Source: an uncultured delta proteobacterium
GTDB lineage: Bacteria; Desulfobacterota; Binatia; JACPRU01
Direction of reading: 5' to 3'
DNA length: 64,000 bases
NCBI GenBank assembly: GCA_963745025.1
Contig: CAVUWD010000020.1
Coordinates: forward strand, 1-64,000
Part shown: one piece after another, positions 9,501 to 18,143 of the stretch
How positions within the stretch are numbered: position 1 is the first letter of the stretch
Layout of the letters: every line of letters begins with the position of its first letter
Program-made: the position numbers and the translations under genes
Notes under the pieces: model-generated
Seen by the model: the letters and a program-made list of their open reading frames with translations, nothing else
Databases searched by the model: none
What the model was told of the DNA's origin: nothing

Positions 9501-9912
9501 TTCGATAGTCGAAGGCGGCGTGCTCGCGGTGATGGCGGCGGCGCATCTCGGACTCAGTGATCGCGAAAAGGCCCTGGCGCTTGCGGAGGAAGCGCTCGCC
9601 GTCTGCCGGCGACGCGGAACCCGATTCTGGGAGTTCTCGGCTCTGCTCACCCGGATCCGCGCTCTCCGCGCGAGCCGGGGCGTCAAGGCGGAGCAAGAGA
9701 TCGAGGCGACGATCGTGCAAGCCGACGCCTGGCTCGAGATGTCGGGCGCGAAGAGCTACGAGCCGTTCCTCCACGTCGAGCGTGCCGAGCTGGCGCGACT
9801 GAGCGGCGACGAAGGCACCCGTCAGCGCGAGTTCCGCGAGGCGCACCGGCTCTTCACGGAGATCGGCGCGCCGATCCGCGCTGCCGAGGTCGCGAAGGAG
9901 CTCGAGTCATGA
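6553..9912 (+). CDS. Double zinc ribbon + class III adenylate/guanylate cyclase + AAA ATPase + TPR protein
   Basis: CxxC x4, FADVKGS/TGDG, Walker A DAGTGKS, Walker B FEDLHW, GGNPFF, helical repeats. Confidence 0.9.
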   Translation: MRCSACGYESPSGKKFCGECGAALKLKCSSCGGENTPGTKFCGDCGNPLAEAAKQPPPREPRSYTPKHLAEKILTSRSALEGERKQVTVLFADVKGSMELAEQLDPEEWHRILERFFAILTEGVHRFEGTVNQYTGDGIMALFGAPIAHEDHAQRACYAALSLRDAVREYANEVRAQHGIPFGVRIGLNSGEVVVGRIGDDLRMDYTAQGHTVGLAQRMEALAESGHICLSEHTARLVEGYFQLQDLGRTKVKGVGEPVRLFDLAGVGRIRTRLDVSHARGFSKFVGRSDEMTALKAALERAIAGNAQVVGIVADAGTGKSRLCYEFAERCRAREIKVYEGQGVAHGKAVPWFPILASVRGYFGITEQDAPEAARDKIAGRMLRLDENLGEGLAVMFDFLGVPDPDKPVPPMGPEAREHQLFEVIRRLTRARSAREPAVFLFEDLHWFDRASEAFLENMVEAAPGNRSLLLLNFRPEYHAAWMQRSYYQQLPLLPLGPDAIAELFADLLGTDSSLRHLTDLIQERTGGNPFFIEEIVQSLVETGALVGTRSAYRLGKPAEEIGVPATVQSVLAARIDRLPEREKRVLQTASVIGKKFSEPILRRVSELGDGDLVAALDALTGAEFLYQEALYPEAEYVFKHPLTQEVAYGSQLTERRARIHAAVARAIEEVDSGKLGESAAVLAYHWEHAGDAREAAKWHRRAAEWVGANNSVEALRHWGSVRQLLDTLVETPENLAERAAVRARMMNHLARMGDPEDQATSLFREGQELARRSGDPHVLSQVLSSFGFLQSNSGALEEGLGPLLESIRRADETEDIGLRVAVRYGLCVAYFLAGRLRECLAVAEKGLRLAKGEFGLGADRIGFSPSLGLSWWRGVVMSLTGNPRDGGAELDRVIELARTSQQLHPLGFSHAWHVLHCEVTGEAASALVHGREALDCAEQMGSQIGRTTAYLNLGLANALSGAWNDALEVLNEAQAIGRERRLSIVEGGVLAVMAAAHLGLSDREKALALAEEALAVCRRRGTRFWEFSALLTRIRALRASRGVKAEQEIEATIVQADAWLEMSGAKSYEPFLHVERAELARLSGDEGTRQREFREAHRLFTEIGAPIRAAEVAKELES

Positions 9913-9998
9913 AAGTGCGCCCATCAAGTCGCACACCTTGAGGCTCGCAGCTCAAGTAATAGTTAGGCCGCTTCAGGAAACGGGAGGGAGATGAAGCG

Positions 9999-10445
9999 AT
10001 GCATGAGCTAACCGAATCAGAGTTGAAGCAAGTACTGGTGAAGAATCTCCCGGCCGTCGATCAGCACGGCGAGACTGTTGAGCGAATCGGTCACGGGCAC
10101 GTGCGTCTCCGATTGCCCTTCCGAAAGGAGTATCTTGGAGCCGATCCGTGGGGGCACGCCCCTGGCGTCGTTTATTCAGGGCCGATGGTAATGGGCTTTG
10201 CGGACACTGCAATGTACGCGTGTGTTCACGCCGCACTCGGGCGTGAGGTCATCCCGGTCATCGCTAATCTGACGATCACCTTCTTACGTCCAGCCGCTGC
10301 GGCCGATCTCGTGGCAGAAGCCCGGCTGGTGCGGAGGGGAAAGCGACTCGCTTACCTCGAAACATACCTCTACTCTGAGGGCGATGCAGAGCCGATCGGA
10401 CATGTAACGTCAACTTATGCCATCCGCTTTCGCGAGCCCAAGTAA
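9999..10445 (+). CDS. PaaI-family hot-dog thioesterase
   Basis: SGPMVMGFADTA, LTITFLRP, RRGKRLAY. Confidence 0.85.
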   Translation: MHELTESELKQVLVKNLPAVDQHGETVERIGHGHVRLRLPFRKEYLGADPWGHAPGVVYSGPMVMGFADTAMYACVHAALGREVIPVIANLTITFLRPAAAADLVAEARLVRRGKRLAYLETYLYSEGDAEPIGHVTSTYAIRFREPK

Positions 10446-10458
10446 ACGCCAATGTCGA

Positions 10459-10600
10459 TCTGTGCGCATGGGGCTCAATTCGGGTGAAGTCGTCGTGGAA
10501 ACGATCGGCGACGATCTCAAGATGGTCTACACGGCGCACGGCAACGCCGTCGGACTCGGCCAGCGGATGGAGCAGCTCGCCACACCCGATCAAGTCTACA
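10459..10600 (+). pseudogene. Internal cyclase-domain fragment
   Basis: SVRMGLNSGEVVVETIGDDLKMVYTAHGNAVGLGQRMEQLA aligns with the 6553-9912 cyclase. Confidence 0.75.
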
Positions 10601-10975
10601 AGTCTATCATTTTTCGTTTGTGGCGTTTTCCCGTCGTATGATAATCGAGCGGCGAGTCCGTTAGAGCCCCGCAGCGCGACGAGCGCTTCGTGGAGGGCGA
10701 GCATGTCGCGCGTGCCCGGCGCGGATTCGAGACGCGCCATGCAGCACACGAGCCCCTTCTCGCCTGTCATCCGCCGCATCCGTGCGCGCCTCAACTTCGC
10801 GGCCCCGTAGCAACCTCTTCGTCCTGCTGCTGCGGGCTCAGTCTTGGTCGCATGGAGCTCGTTGTCATTCACTCACTCGCATTGCCCGCTCGCCGCGCGC
10901 CCTCTCCCCCGCGACAGTTGCCTGAGGACATTCCCGGGACTGCGTTAACGAACTCTTCAACAAGAGCAGGGAGGC

Positions 10976-11383
10976 ATGATCATGCTAGGCGATCAAATTG
11001 GCGAAGAAACTGGAAAGGTGCTCGCGCGGCGGGTGCTCCCAGGCGAGGGGCGCCCGAAGGTCGAGGTGTCCACCCAAACGACCGGAAAGCTGCTCGGCAT
11101 CGATACCCGAAGCATGGTGACCTACACGGCAACGGTCCGATCGGACGGCAGCCTCTACGGCGAAGGCCAAGGGATCGTGATGGGCAAGAACGGAGAGGCG
11201 GCCACCTTGAGGGGAGCAGGGGCCGGGAGGCTCCTCGGCGGCGGCGCCGTGAGCTACCGCGGCGCGCTCTACTTCGAGTCAGAGTCCGAAAAGTGGAAGC
11301 GGCTCAACACGATCGCGGTCGTCTTCGAGTACGAAGCTGACGCCGATGGAAATACGAAGTCGAAGGCGTGGGAGTGGAAGTGA
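10976..11383 (+). CDS. Conserved hypothetical beta-rich protein
   Basis: SD GGAGG, compact 135-aa ORF with good codon usage. Confidence 0.7.
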   Translation: MIMLGDQIGEETGKVLARRVLPGEGRPKVEVSTQTTGKLLGIDTRSMVTYTATVRSDGSLYGEGQGIVMGKNGEAATLRGAGAGRLLGGGAVSYRGALYFESESEKWKRLNTIAVVFEYEADADGNTKSKAWEWK

Positions 11384-11741
11384 TTCACCGCCCGCGAATT
11401 ATGCGCAACGGTGTGATTCGAGCATCGTAGCATTGCGGCGCTCTTAGAAAACGTGATCGCCCGCGACCTGGGTCGTGCGGGCTCGGGCCGCGGGCGCTGG
11501 CGGAGCTTTGCTCAGCCGAGACCGTGCGATTCGCGAGCGACATCGACAATGTCGGCGACGATCGCCAGCCCTACGTCGATCGCGCCGCCGTCCATCGACG
11601 CACGCTGGAGGTGGTCCTCTCCTTCCTCGACCGGGCTTCCACGTCGGGGCCGTGCGGCGGCCAGCGACTCGCCCCGCGTGCCACCGGTAACGCCCTCCGA
11701 CCATGTTCCGCGATCCGCGTTGGGTGTAGATAGCGAGGTCG

Positions 11742-13132
11742 ATGGAAGCCCCACAGCGGTCCGACGCGCTCGTCTTCTTCGGCGCCACTGGCGACCTCGC
11801 CCACAAGAAGATCTTCCCCGCCCTGCAGGCGATGGGCCGGCGCGGACGTCTCGACGTGCCGGTCATCGGGGTCGCGAAGGCGGGCTGGGGACTCGAGCAG
11901 CTCCGGGCTCGCGCCCGCGAGAGCGTCGAGCAGCACGGCGGCCTCGACCCGACGGCGTTCGAGCGGCTCGTCGCCCGGCTGCGCTACGTCGACGGCGACT
12001 ACCACGACCCCGGGACCTACGCGGCGCTGCGCAAGGAGCTCGGCACCGCGCGCCGCCCGACCCACTATCTCGCCATCCCGCCGAGCGTCTTCGCGACCGT
12101 CGTGGAGGGCCTCGCCCAGTCGGGCTGCTTCGAGCGACGCGCGCGTCGTCGTGGAGAAGCCCTTCGGGCGCGACCTCGCCTCGGCCCGCGCCCTCAACGC
12201 GACCCTCCATTCGGTCTTCGACGAATCGGCGATCTTCCGCATCGACCACTACCTCGGCAAGGAGCCGGTGCAGAACCTGCTGCTACTTCCGCTTCGCGAA
12301 CACGTTCCTGGAGCCGATCTGGAACCGCAACTACGTCGGCGAGCGTGCAGATCACCATGGCCGAGCGCTTCGGCGTGCAGGGCCGCGGCAGGTTCTACGA
12401 GGAGGCGGGCGCGATCCGCGACGTGATCCAGAACCACATGCTGCAGGTGGTGAGCCTACTCGCCATGGAGGCGCCGACCGACGACGTATCACGAGTCGAT
12501 CCGGGACGAGCAGGTGAAGGTGTTCCGGACGATCCGCCCGCTCAGCCCCGACGAGCGTCGTGCGCGGGCAGTTCCGCGGCTACCGCAAGGAGGCGGGCGT
12601 CGCGCCCGACTCGACGGTCGAGACCTTCGCCGCCGTCCGTCTCCACATCGACTCGTGGCGCTGGGACGGCGTGCCGTTCTACATCCGGGCAGGGAAGTGC
12701 ATGCCGGTCACCGCGACGGAGGTCATGGTGACGCTGCAGCGCCCGCCCCTCGTCCACATGTCGCCGAGCGAGACGAACTACTTCCGCTTCCGGCTGAGCC
12801 CGGAGATGATCATCGCGATCGGCGCCCGGGTGAAGCGTCCCGGTGACCAGATGCTCTCCGAGCCCGCGGAGCTGCGCGTCGTCCACCACGAGACGGCCGA
12901 GGAGCTGGATCCCTACGAGCGGCTCCTGGGTGACGCGATGGCGGGCGATCCGATCCTCTTCGCCCGCCAGGACGGCGTGGAGGCGGAGTGGGCGATCGTC
13001 GATCCCGTGCTCGACGGCGCGACGCCTGTCCACGAGTACGAGGCCGGCAGTTGGGGCCCGCAGGAAGCGGCGGCGCTCGCGGCCGAGGTCGGCGGCTGGC
13101 ACGAGCCAGTCGCCGCCGGCGGGGAAGGATGA
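11742..13132 (+). pseudogene. zwf: Glucose-6-phosphate dehydrogenase, multiply frameshifted
   Basis: [41 protein letters not shown] found in different frames. Confidence 0.9.
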
Positions 13133-13133
13133 G

Positions 13134-13635
13134 GTGACGATAACGCGCCCCGTGTTCCTCTTCGACGTCGACAACACGCTGCTCGACAACGACCGCATCA
13201 CCGCGGATCTCCGGCGCTATCTCGGCCGCGAGGTGGGCGCCGGCGCCGCCGAGCAGTACTTCGAGTTCTTCGAGGAGCTGCGGCGGGAGCTCGGGTACGC
13301 CGACTACCTGGGCGCCCTCCAGCGCTACCGCGATCCGCCACCCGCGCGACCCCCACCTGCTCGCCGTGTCGTCGTTCCTCGTGAACTACCCCTTCGCGAA
13401 CCGGCTGTTCCCGGGCTCGCTCGACGCGATCGAGCATGTCGCCGCCTTCGGAGCGGCGGTCATCCTCTCCGACGGCGACGTGGTCTTCCAGCCGCGCAAG
13501 GTGGAGCGCTCGGGGCTCTTCGACGCGGTCGAGGACATCACCATCGAGCGCATCGGCGAACTGGTCGGCTACGATTTGCCCGCGCTGCTCGGCGCGTCGC
13601 GGGCGAGGGAGGTACAAAGACGCGTCAGCCCCTAG
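13134..13635 (+). pseudogene. HAD-family hydrolase, frameshifted and apparently internally deleted
   Basis: FLFDVDNTLLDND, ILSDGDVVFQPRK; jumps from FDAVE directly to the C-terminal DITIERIG. Confidence 0.7.
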
Positions 13636-14366
13636 ACGACCTTCACCGCAAGCTCGAGCGGCACGTCGTGGAGCGACACCGCACCGTCCTTTGTCACCAC
13701 GTTCATGTCACCGATGAAGAATCCTCTCTGCAGGTCGGGTGTCACCGGGTTCGGCTCGATCACGATCAGTTGGTTCTCTCGGAAACGCTCGTCGAGCATC
13801 ACCGACCAGCAGGGATCGTTTGGAACCGACGCGAAGGGCGGCTGGAGGACCTGCGAATAGCCATGGATCACCGGGCATTGAATCGTGTAGCCCTCATCCA
13901 GAATCCGCTGCGAGCAGCTATAAACGTCTCTCGGGGTGTTGCCGACCTTCACGACCTTCTGCACGTCGAGGTAGAGCTGGATGGCGAGGTCGGCCATCTT
14001 TCGTAGCTCCGCTGGCGGCTCGCCAAGCGCGATCGGCCGGATGAGCTGGCCGGGGTAGCCGTAGTACGTTCCCGTGATCTCGGTGAGGATCAGGTCTCCT
14101 CTCTGGAGCTCGCGGGTAGAGCCGCCAGCGATCCACCACGAGTAAGGCACCGACGGGTTGTCCATGGGGCTCACGCCGATCGCGGCTCCGTAGAGTGATC
14201 CTCCGAGGCGGAGGTAGGTGCCGTGGATCACCCCGATGAGCTCGTACTCCTTCATCCCGGGGCGGGCCGCGTCGACGGCGGCCTCGAACGCGAGGTCGCA
14301 GAACCTCGCCCCCTTCCGATACCACTCGAGCTCCTCTTCGCTCGGGCAAAGGCGCACCTCGAACAT
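13632..14366 (-). pseudogene. M24 (Xaa-Pro peptidase/creatinase-like) C-terminal domain, 5' truncated
   Basis: [23 protein letters not shown]; the N-terminal domain is absent and the ORF abuts the integrase remnant. Confidence 0.7.
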
Positions 14367-14439
14367 TAGATCCCGTGCTTCGATCCGTCACCGCGCTACG
14401 CAGTCACGAGCGAGGGGCCTACGACGTCACACGACAACG

Positions 14440-14691
14440 CGCCGCCGACGGCCTCATGATTTTCGTCGCACCGCGGTTCGGAACATGGTACGTTCCGGCA
14501 TTCCAGAGCGGGTGGCGATGCAGCTGACCGGACACAGAACGCGGGACGTTTTCGAGCGCTACAACATTGTCAGCGAGGGCGACCTGCGCGAGGCGGCTAA
14601 GCGGCTCGGGGAGAGTTTCGCGGGCCGAACGGTTACAAGTTCGGTTACAGCCGACCAGCCGAGTCAGAGTGAGGGTCAGCTAACTCATTGA
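14440..14691 (+). pseudogene. Tyrosine integrase C-terminal remnant
   Basis: [15 protein letters not shown]...MQLTGHRT...RYNIV (HxxR, H, Y). Confidence 0.85.
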
Positions 14692-14704
14692 CCTAACAGC
14701 GCAC

Positions 14705-14776
14705 GGCGGCGTGGCCGAGTGGTTCAGGCAGAGGTCTGCAAAACCTCTTACTCCGGTTCAATTCCGGACGCCGCCT
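14705..14776 (+). tRNA. tRNA-Cys(GCA), CCA not encoded
   Basis: GGCGGCG/CGCCGCC acceptor stem, GAGGT-CTGCAAA-ACCTC anticodon arm, GGTTCAATTCC T-arm. Confidence 0.97.
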
Positions 14777-14789
14777 TTAATTTCTTGCC

Positions 14790-16013
14790 TCAAAACGGAG
14801 GTCCCTCCTCCGCCATCTCCGCATCGAGTAGGATCACCCGTACCGCCGTGCCCGCCCGGAGCTCGCGTTCCTCCGCGGGGCCGATGATCAGGCCTTGACC
14901 CTGCGCCATCGAGCTCAGCACCCCCGAGCTCTGTGTCCCCGTAGAGCTCGCCACCAGGCCGCCGCTACCTCGCTCGATCCGGCAGCGGATGAATTCCGTG
15001 AGGCCCGCTGCTTTTTTCACGTCGTGGCCGAGCGTTGCCGGGACGGTTGGCAGGTGAGCCGCGCGCAAACCCATCATCCGGCGCAGCGCGGGACGAGCAT
15101 AGAGATAGAAGCAGACGAGCGACGAGACCGGGTTGCCGGGAAGGCCGAAATAGGGCCGAGCGCCGAGCATGCCGAACGTCAGTGGCTTGCCCGGCTTCTG
15201 CGCCACTTTCCAGAAGAGCCGCTCCACACCGACTTCGTCCATCGCCGCTTTCACGTAGTCGAAGTCGCCGACGGAAACGCCGCCTGTCGACAGGATGGCA
15301 TCGGCGCGCGAGGCTTCACGGAACGCCTCGCGGATCTCTTCCGGAGTGTCGCGGGCGATCGCCAGCGGAATCGGCACTGCGCCAGCTTCCGCGACGGCCG
15401 CGGCTAGCGTGTACGCGTTGCTGTTCACCACCTGACCAGTCTCGACCGGCTGGTCGGCCTCCACGAGCTCGTTACCGGTCGACAGGATGGCCACACGCGG
15501 CCGACGGTGGACGAGCAGCAGTGTCCGGCCGACCGAGGCGGCGAGGCCGATGTCGGCAGGAGAGAGGCGGCGGCCACGCGTGAGCACGACCTGACCGGTT
15601 CGAAGGTCCTCGCCGGGAAGTCGGATGTGGCTGGCTTTGGCTCCACCACTCTCGATGATGACCTCTTCACCTTCGAGCCGAGTATCCTCGACACGGACCA
15701 CCGTGTCCGCCCCGGCGGGGATCGGCGCGCCCGTCATGACCTTCGCGGCTTCACACGGACCGACCACCGGGATCGAAGCGCCGCCCGCGGCAGAGGTGCC
15801 GACCACGCGCAGACGCGCCGGCAACCGATGGACGTCCGCGTGACGGACGGCGTAACCGTCCATCGCCGAGTTCGCGTAGCCGGGAACGTCGCGCAGCGAG
15901 CGAACGTCCTCGGCGATCACCCGTCCGACGGCTTCGAGCAGGCCGATTCGCTCCGCGCCGAGCTCCTGAACCGCGCCGAGGATCTGCTCGAGCGCCTCGC
16001 CGACCGAAATCAT
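14790..16013 (-). CDS. moeA: Molybdopterin molybdotransferase MoeA
   Basis: NSAMDGYAV, MTGAPIP, STGGVSVGDFD, GLPGNPVS. Confidence 0.95.
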   Translation of the reverse strand: MISVGEALEQILGAVQELGAERIGLLEAVGRVIAEDVRSLRDVPGYANSAMDGYAVRHADVHRLPARLRVVGTSAAGGASIPVVGPCEAAKVMTGAPIPAGADTVVRVEDTRLEGEEVIIESGGAKASHIRLPGEDLRTGQVVLTRGRRLSPADIGLAASVGRTLLLVHRRPRVAILSTGNELVEADQPVETGQVVNSNAYTLAAAVAEAGAVPIPLAIARDTPEEIREAFREASRADAILSTGGVSVGDFDYVKAAMDEVGVERLFWKVAQKPGKPLTFGMLGARPYFGLPGNPVSSLVCFYLYARPALRRMMGLRAAHLPTVPATLGHDVKKAAGLTEFIRCRIERGSGGLVASSTGTQSSGVLSSMAQGQGLIIGPAEERELRAGTAVRVILLDAEMAEEGPPF

Positions 16014-16126
16014 CGTCCGCGTCTAGTCTCGGGGATCTGGCGAGTCAATCGTGGGTGAAGAGGCCAGGTCGCTCCTTCGCCCCTTTCCCCTGGCAACGGC
16101 GAAAAAGGCGCTGTATGGGGTAGGAG

Positions 16127-17503
16127 ATGTCCGATCTGGTTCAGACGGGCGCCGAGCTCGATGCTCCGGTCACCCGCAGCGACGCGCTGATCGAGTATTT
16201 CGCCGCGGGGGCGAAGCCGCGCAGCGTTTGGCGGATCGGCACGGAGTACGAGAAGATCGCGGTGGACCGAAAGACCGGGCGCGCGGCGCGGTATTTCGGG
16301 CCGCGCGGCATCGAGGAGGTGCTCAAGAGGCTCGCCGACCGCTTCGGCTGGACGCCGCGCCTCGAGGGTGAGCACGTGGTCGCGCTCGAGGGACGGAAGG
16401 CGACCGTCACGCTCGAGCCGGGCGGCCAGCTCGAGCTCTCCGGCGAGCCCTGCGAATCGATCCACTGTGCCGAGGCCGAGCTCAGCCAGCACGTGAACGA
16501 GATCGTGACCGTCGCCGACGAGCTCGGGCTCGCCTTCCTCGGCCTCGGCATCCAGCCGCTCAGCCCGCTCGAGGACATCGAGTGGGTGCCGAAGCACCGC
16601 TACCGCATCATGGCGCCCTACATGGCGAAGGTCGGGACTCTCGGCCATCGCATGATGAAGCAAACGGCCACCGTCCAGGTCAACATCGATTTCGAGAGCG
16701 AGCGCGATGCGCTCGCCAAGTTCCGGCTGGCGATGGGCTTGTCGCCGATTCTCACCGCGGCATTCGCCAACTCGTCGATCAGCGAGGGTCGGCCGAACGG
16801 CTACATGAGCTTCCGTCAGCACGTTTGGACCGATACCGATCGCGACCGCTGCGGGCTCTTGCCGTTCGCGTTCTCGCGCGCAGCCGGCTTCGAGGACTAC
16901 GTCGACTGGGCGCTCGACGTGCCGATGTACTTGATCCGCCGTGACGGCAAGTTCATCGATCTGACCGGCCTGCCGTTTCGCGAGTTTCTCCAACACGGGG
17001 CGGCCGGCCATCATGCCACCATGGCGGACTGGCAGCTCCATTTGACCACGCTGTTTCCCGAAGTGCGGCTCAAGACCTACATCGAGATCCGTTCGGTCGA
17101 CAGTCAGCCGCCGGAGCGGATGCTCGCGCTACCCGCGCTCGTCAAAGGGGTGTTCTTCGACGACGACTGCATGCTCGGCGCCTGGGACTTGGTGAAGGCG
17201 TGGAGCTGGTCGGAGCGCCTGGAGCTTTACGACGCCTCACACCGAGACGCGCTCGCCGCGCGGATCCGCGGAGTTCGCCTGCTCGATCTCGCGCGCGAGC
17301 TCTCGGCCATTGCCCGCATCGGCCTCATACGTCAGGACGTGCGCAACGGACGCGGCGAAAACGAGGCCATCTACTTGGATGGCCTCGACCGCCAGCTCGC
17401 GCTCGGTCTGTCTCCCGCCTGCTTCATCCGCGAGCGTTGGGAGACCGAGTGGGAGGAGCGGATCGACAAGCTGATCGAGTTCTCGGCGTACCGGATCCAG
17501 TGA
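16127..17503 (+). CDS. gshA: Glutamate-cysteine ligase (GCS2, plant/alphaproteobacterial type)
   Basis: IGTEYE, TLEPGGQLELSG, FANS, HLTTLFPEVRLK. Confidence 0.9.
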   Translation: MSDLVQTGAELDAPVTRSDALIEYFAAGAKPRSVWRIGTEYEKIAVDRKTGRAARYFGPRGIEEVLKRLADRFGWTPRLEGEHVVALEGRKATVTLEPGGQLELSGEPCESIHCAEAELSQHVNEIVTVADELGLAFLGLGIQPLSPLEDIEWVPKHRYRIMAPYMAKVGTLGHRMMKQTATVQVNIDFESERDALAKFRLAMGLSPILTAAFANSSISEGRPNGYMSFRQHVWTDTDRDRCGLLPFAFSRAAGFEDYVDWALDVPMYLIRRDGKFIDLTGLPFREFLQHGAAGHHATMADWQLHLTTLFPEVRLKTYIEIRSVDSQPPERMLALPALVKGVFFDDDCMLGAWDLVKAWSWSERLELYDASHRDALAARIRGVRLLDLARELSAIARIGLIRQDVRNGRGENEAIYLDGLDRQLALGLSPACFIRERWETEWEERIDKLIEFSAYRIQ

Positions 17504-17802
17504 GCTCGAGCCCGAGAGCGATCGCGGAGCTCGACATGGGCTTCACCGTGGAAGAGGTCACGGACGGCATCGCCCGGCTGCTCGCCCGGACGGGTGCGGA
17601 CGCCGCGAAGATCTCGTCGGCCAATGGGTCTCGCTTCCGCGCGCCCGATGATGTGACGATCGACGTCGAGCCGATGCCCGAGGAGCGCATCCAATACCCG
17701 ATCCTGTTGCCCCGCACGCTGCTCACGTTGCGGGGCGATCCGACTGCCGTCGAAACCCTCCGCCGCCAGGTTCTGCTCGCGTTTCTCCGGGTCGGCGGTT
17801 GA
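17500..17802 (+). CDS. Hypothetical protein (100 aa)
   Basis: GTG overlaps the gshA stop; ends FLRVGG. Confidence 0.6.
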   Translation: MSSSPRAIAELDMGFTVEEVTDGIARLLARTGADAAKISSANGSRFRAPDDVTIDVEPMPEERIQYPILLPRTLLTLRGDPTAVETLRRQVLLAFLRVGG

Positions 17803-17813
17803 GGGACGTCCCC

Positions 17814-18068
17814 TCAGCGCCGCATCAGGTAGAATGCCGTCCCGATGCCGATCAGCGTGCAGAGATTCACACGCAGCGTCACGCCGAGGCTGAACGTCAG
17901 CGCGAGCAGGTTCACGCTGAAGTGCGGTATGCCCACGCTCACTCCGCGGCTGAAGACCGAGTGCAGGATGCCGCTCGGAACCAGCTGGCCGAGGATTTCT
18001 CCGAGCAGCGAGCCCGCCACCGCGCCGACGACGAGTACGAGGATCAGGAATCCGATGCCGTGTTTCAT
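17814..18068 (-). CDS. Small membrane protein (DUF4321-like)
   Basis: Hydrophobic 84 aa; GSLLGEILG...NL...IIG pattern. Confidence 0.7.
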   Translation of the reverse strand: MKHGIGFLILVLVVGAVAGSLLGEILGQLVPSGILHSVFSRGVSVGIPHFSVNLLALTFSLGVTLRVNLCTLIGIGTAFYLMRR

Positions 18069-18071
18069 GAG

Positions 18072-18140
18072 AGGCTACGCTCCGCGGGCTACGGGGAATG
18101 TGCCGCGGAGTCTTTGCCTGTAGCCCGAAGCCCGTAGCCG
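18072..18140. repeat. Heptamer-arm palindromic intergenic repeat
   Basis: GGCTAC...CCGCGGAGTCTTTG...GTAGCC. Confidence 0.75.
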
Positions 18141-18143
18141 CCT

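Noticed and set aside
10640-10872. Minus-strand ORF 10276-10872 as a gene
   Set aside because: No recognisable motif or SD, and it overlaps the thioesterase and cyclase fragment; may be a remnant but cannot be supported.
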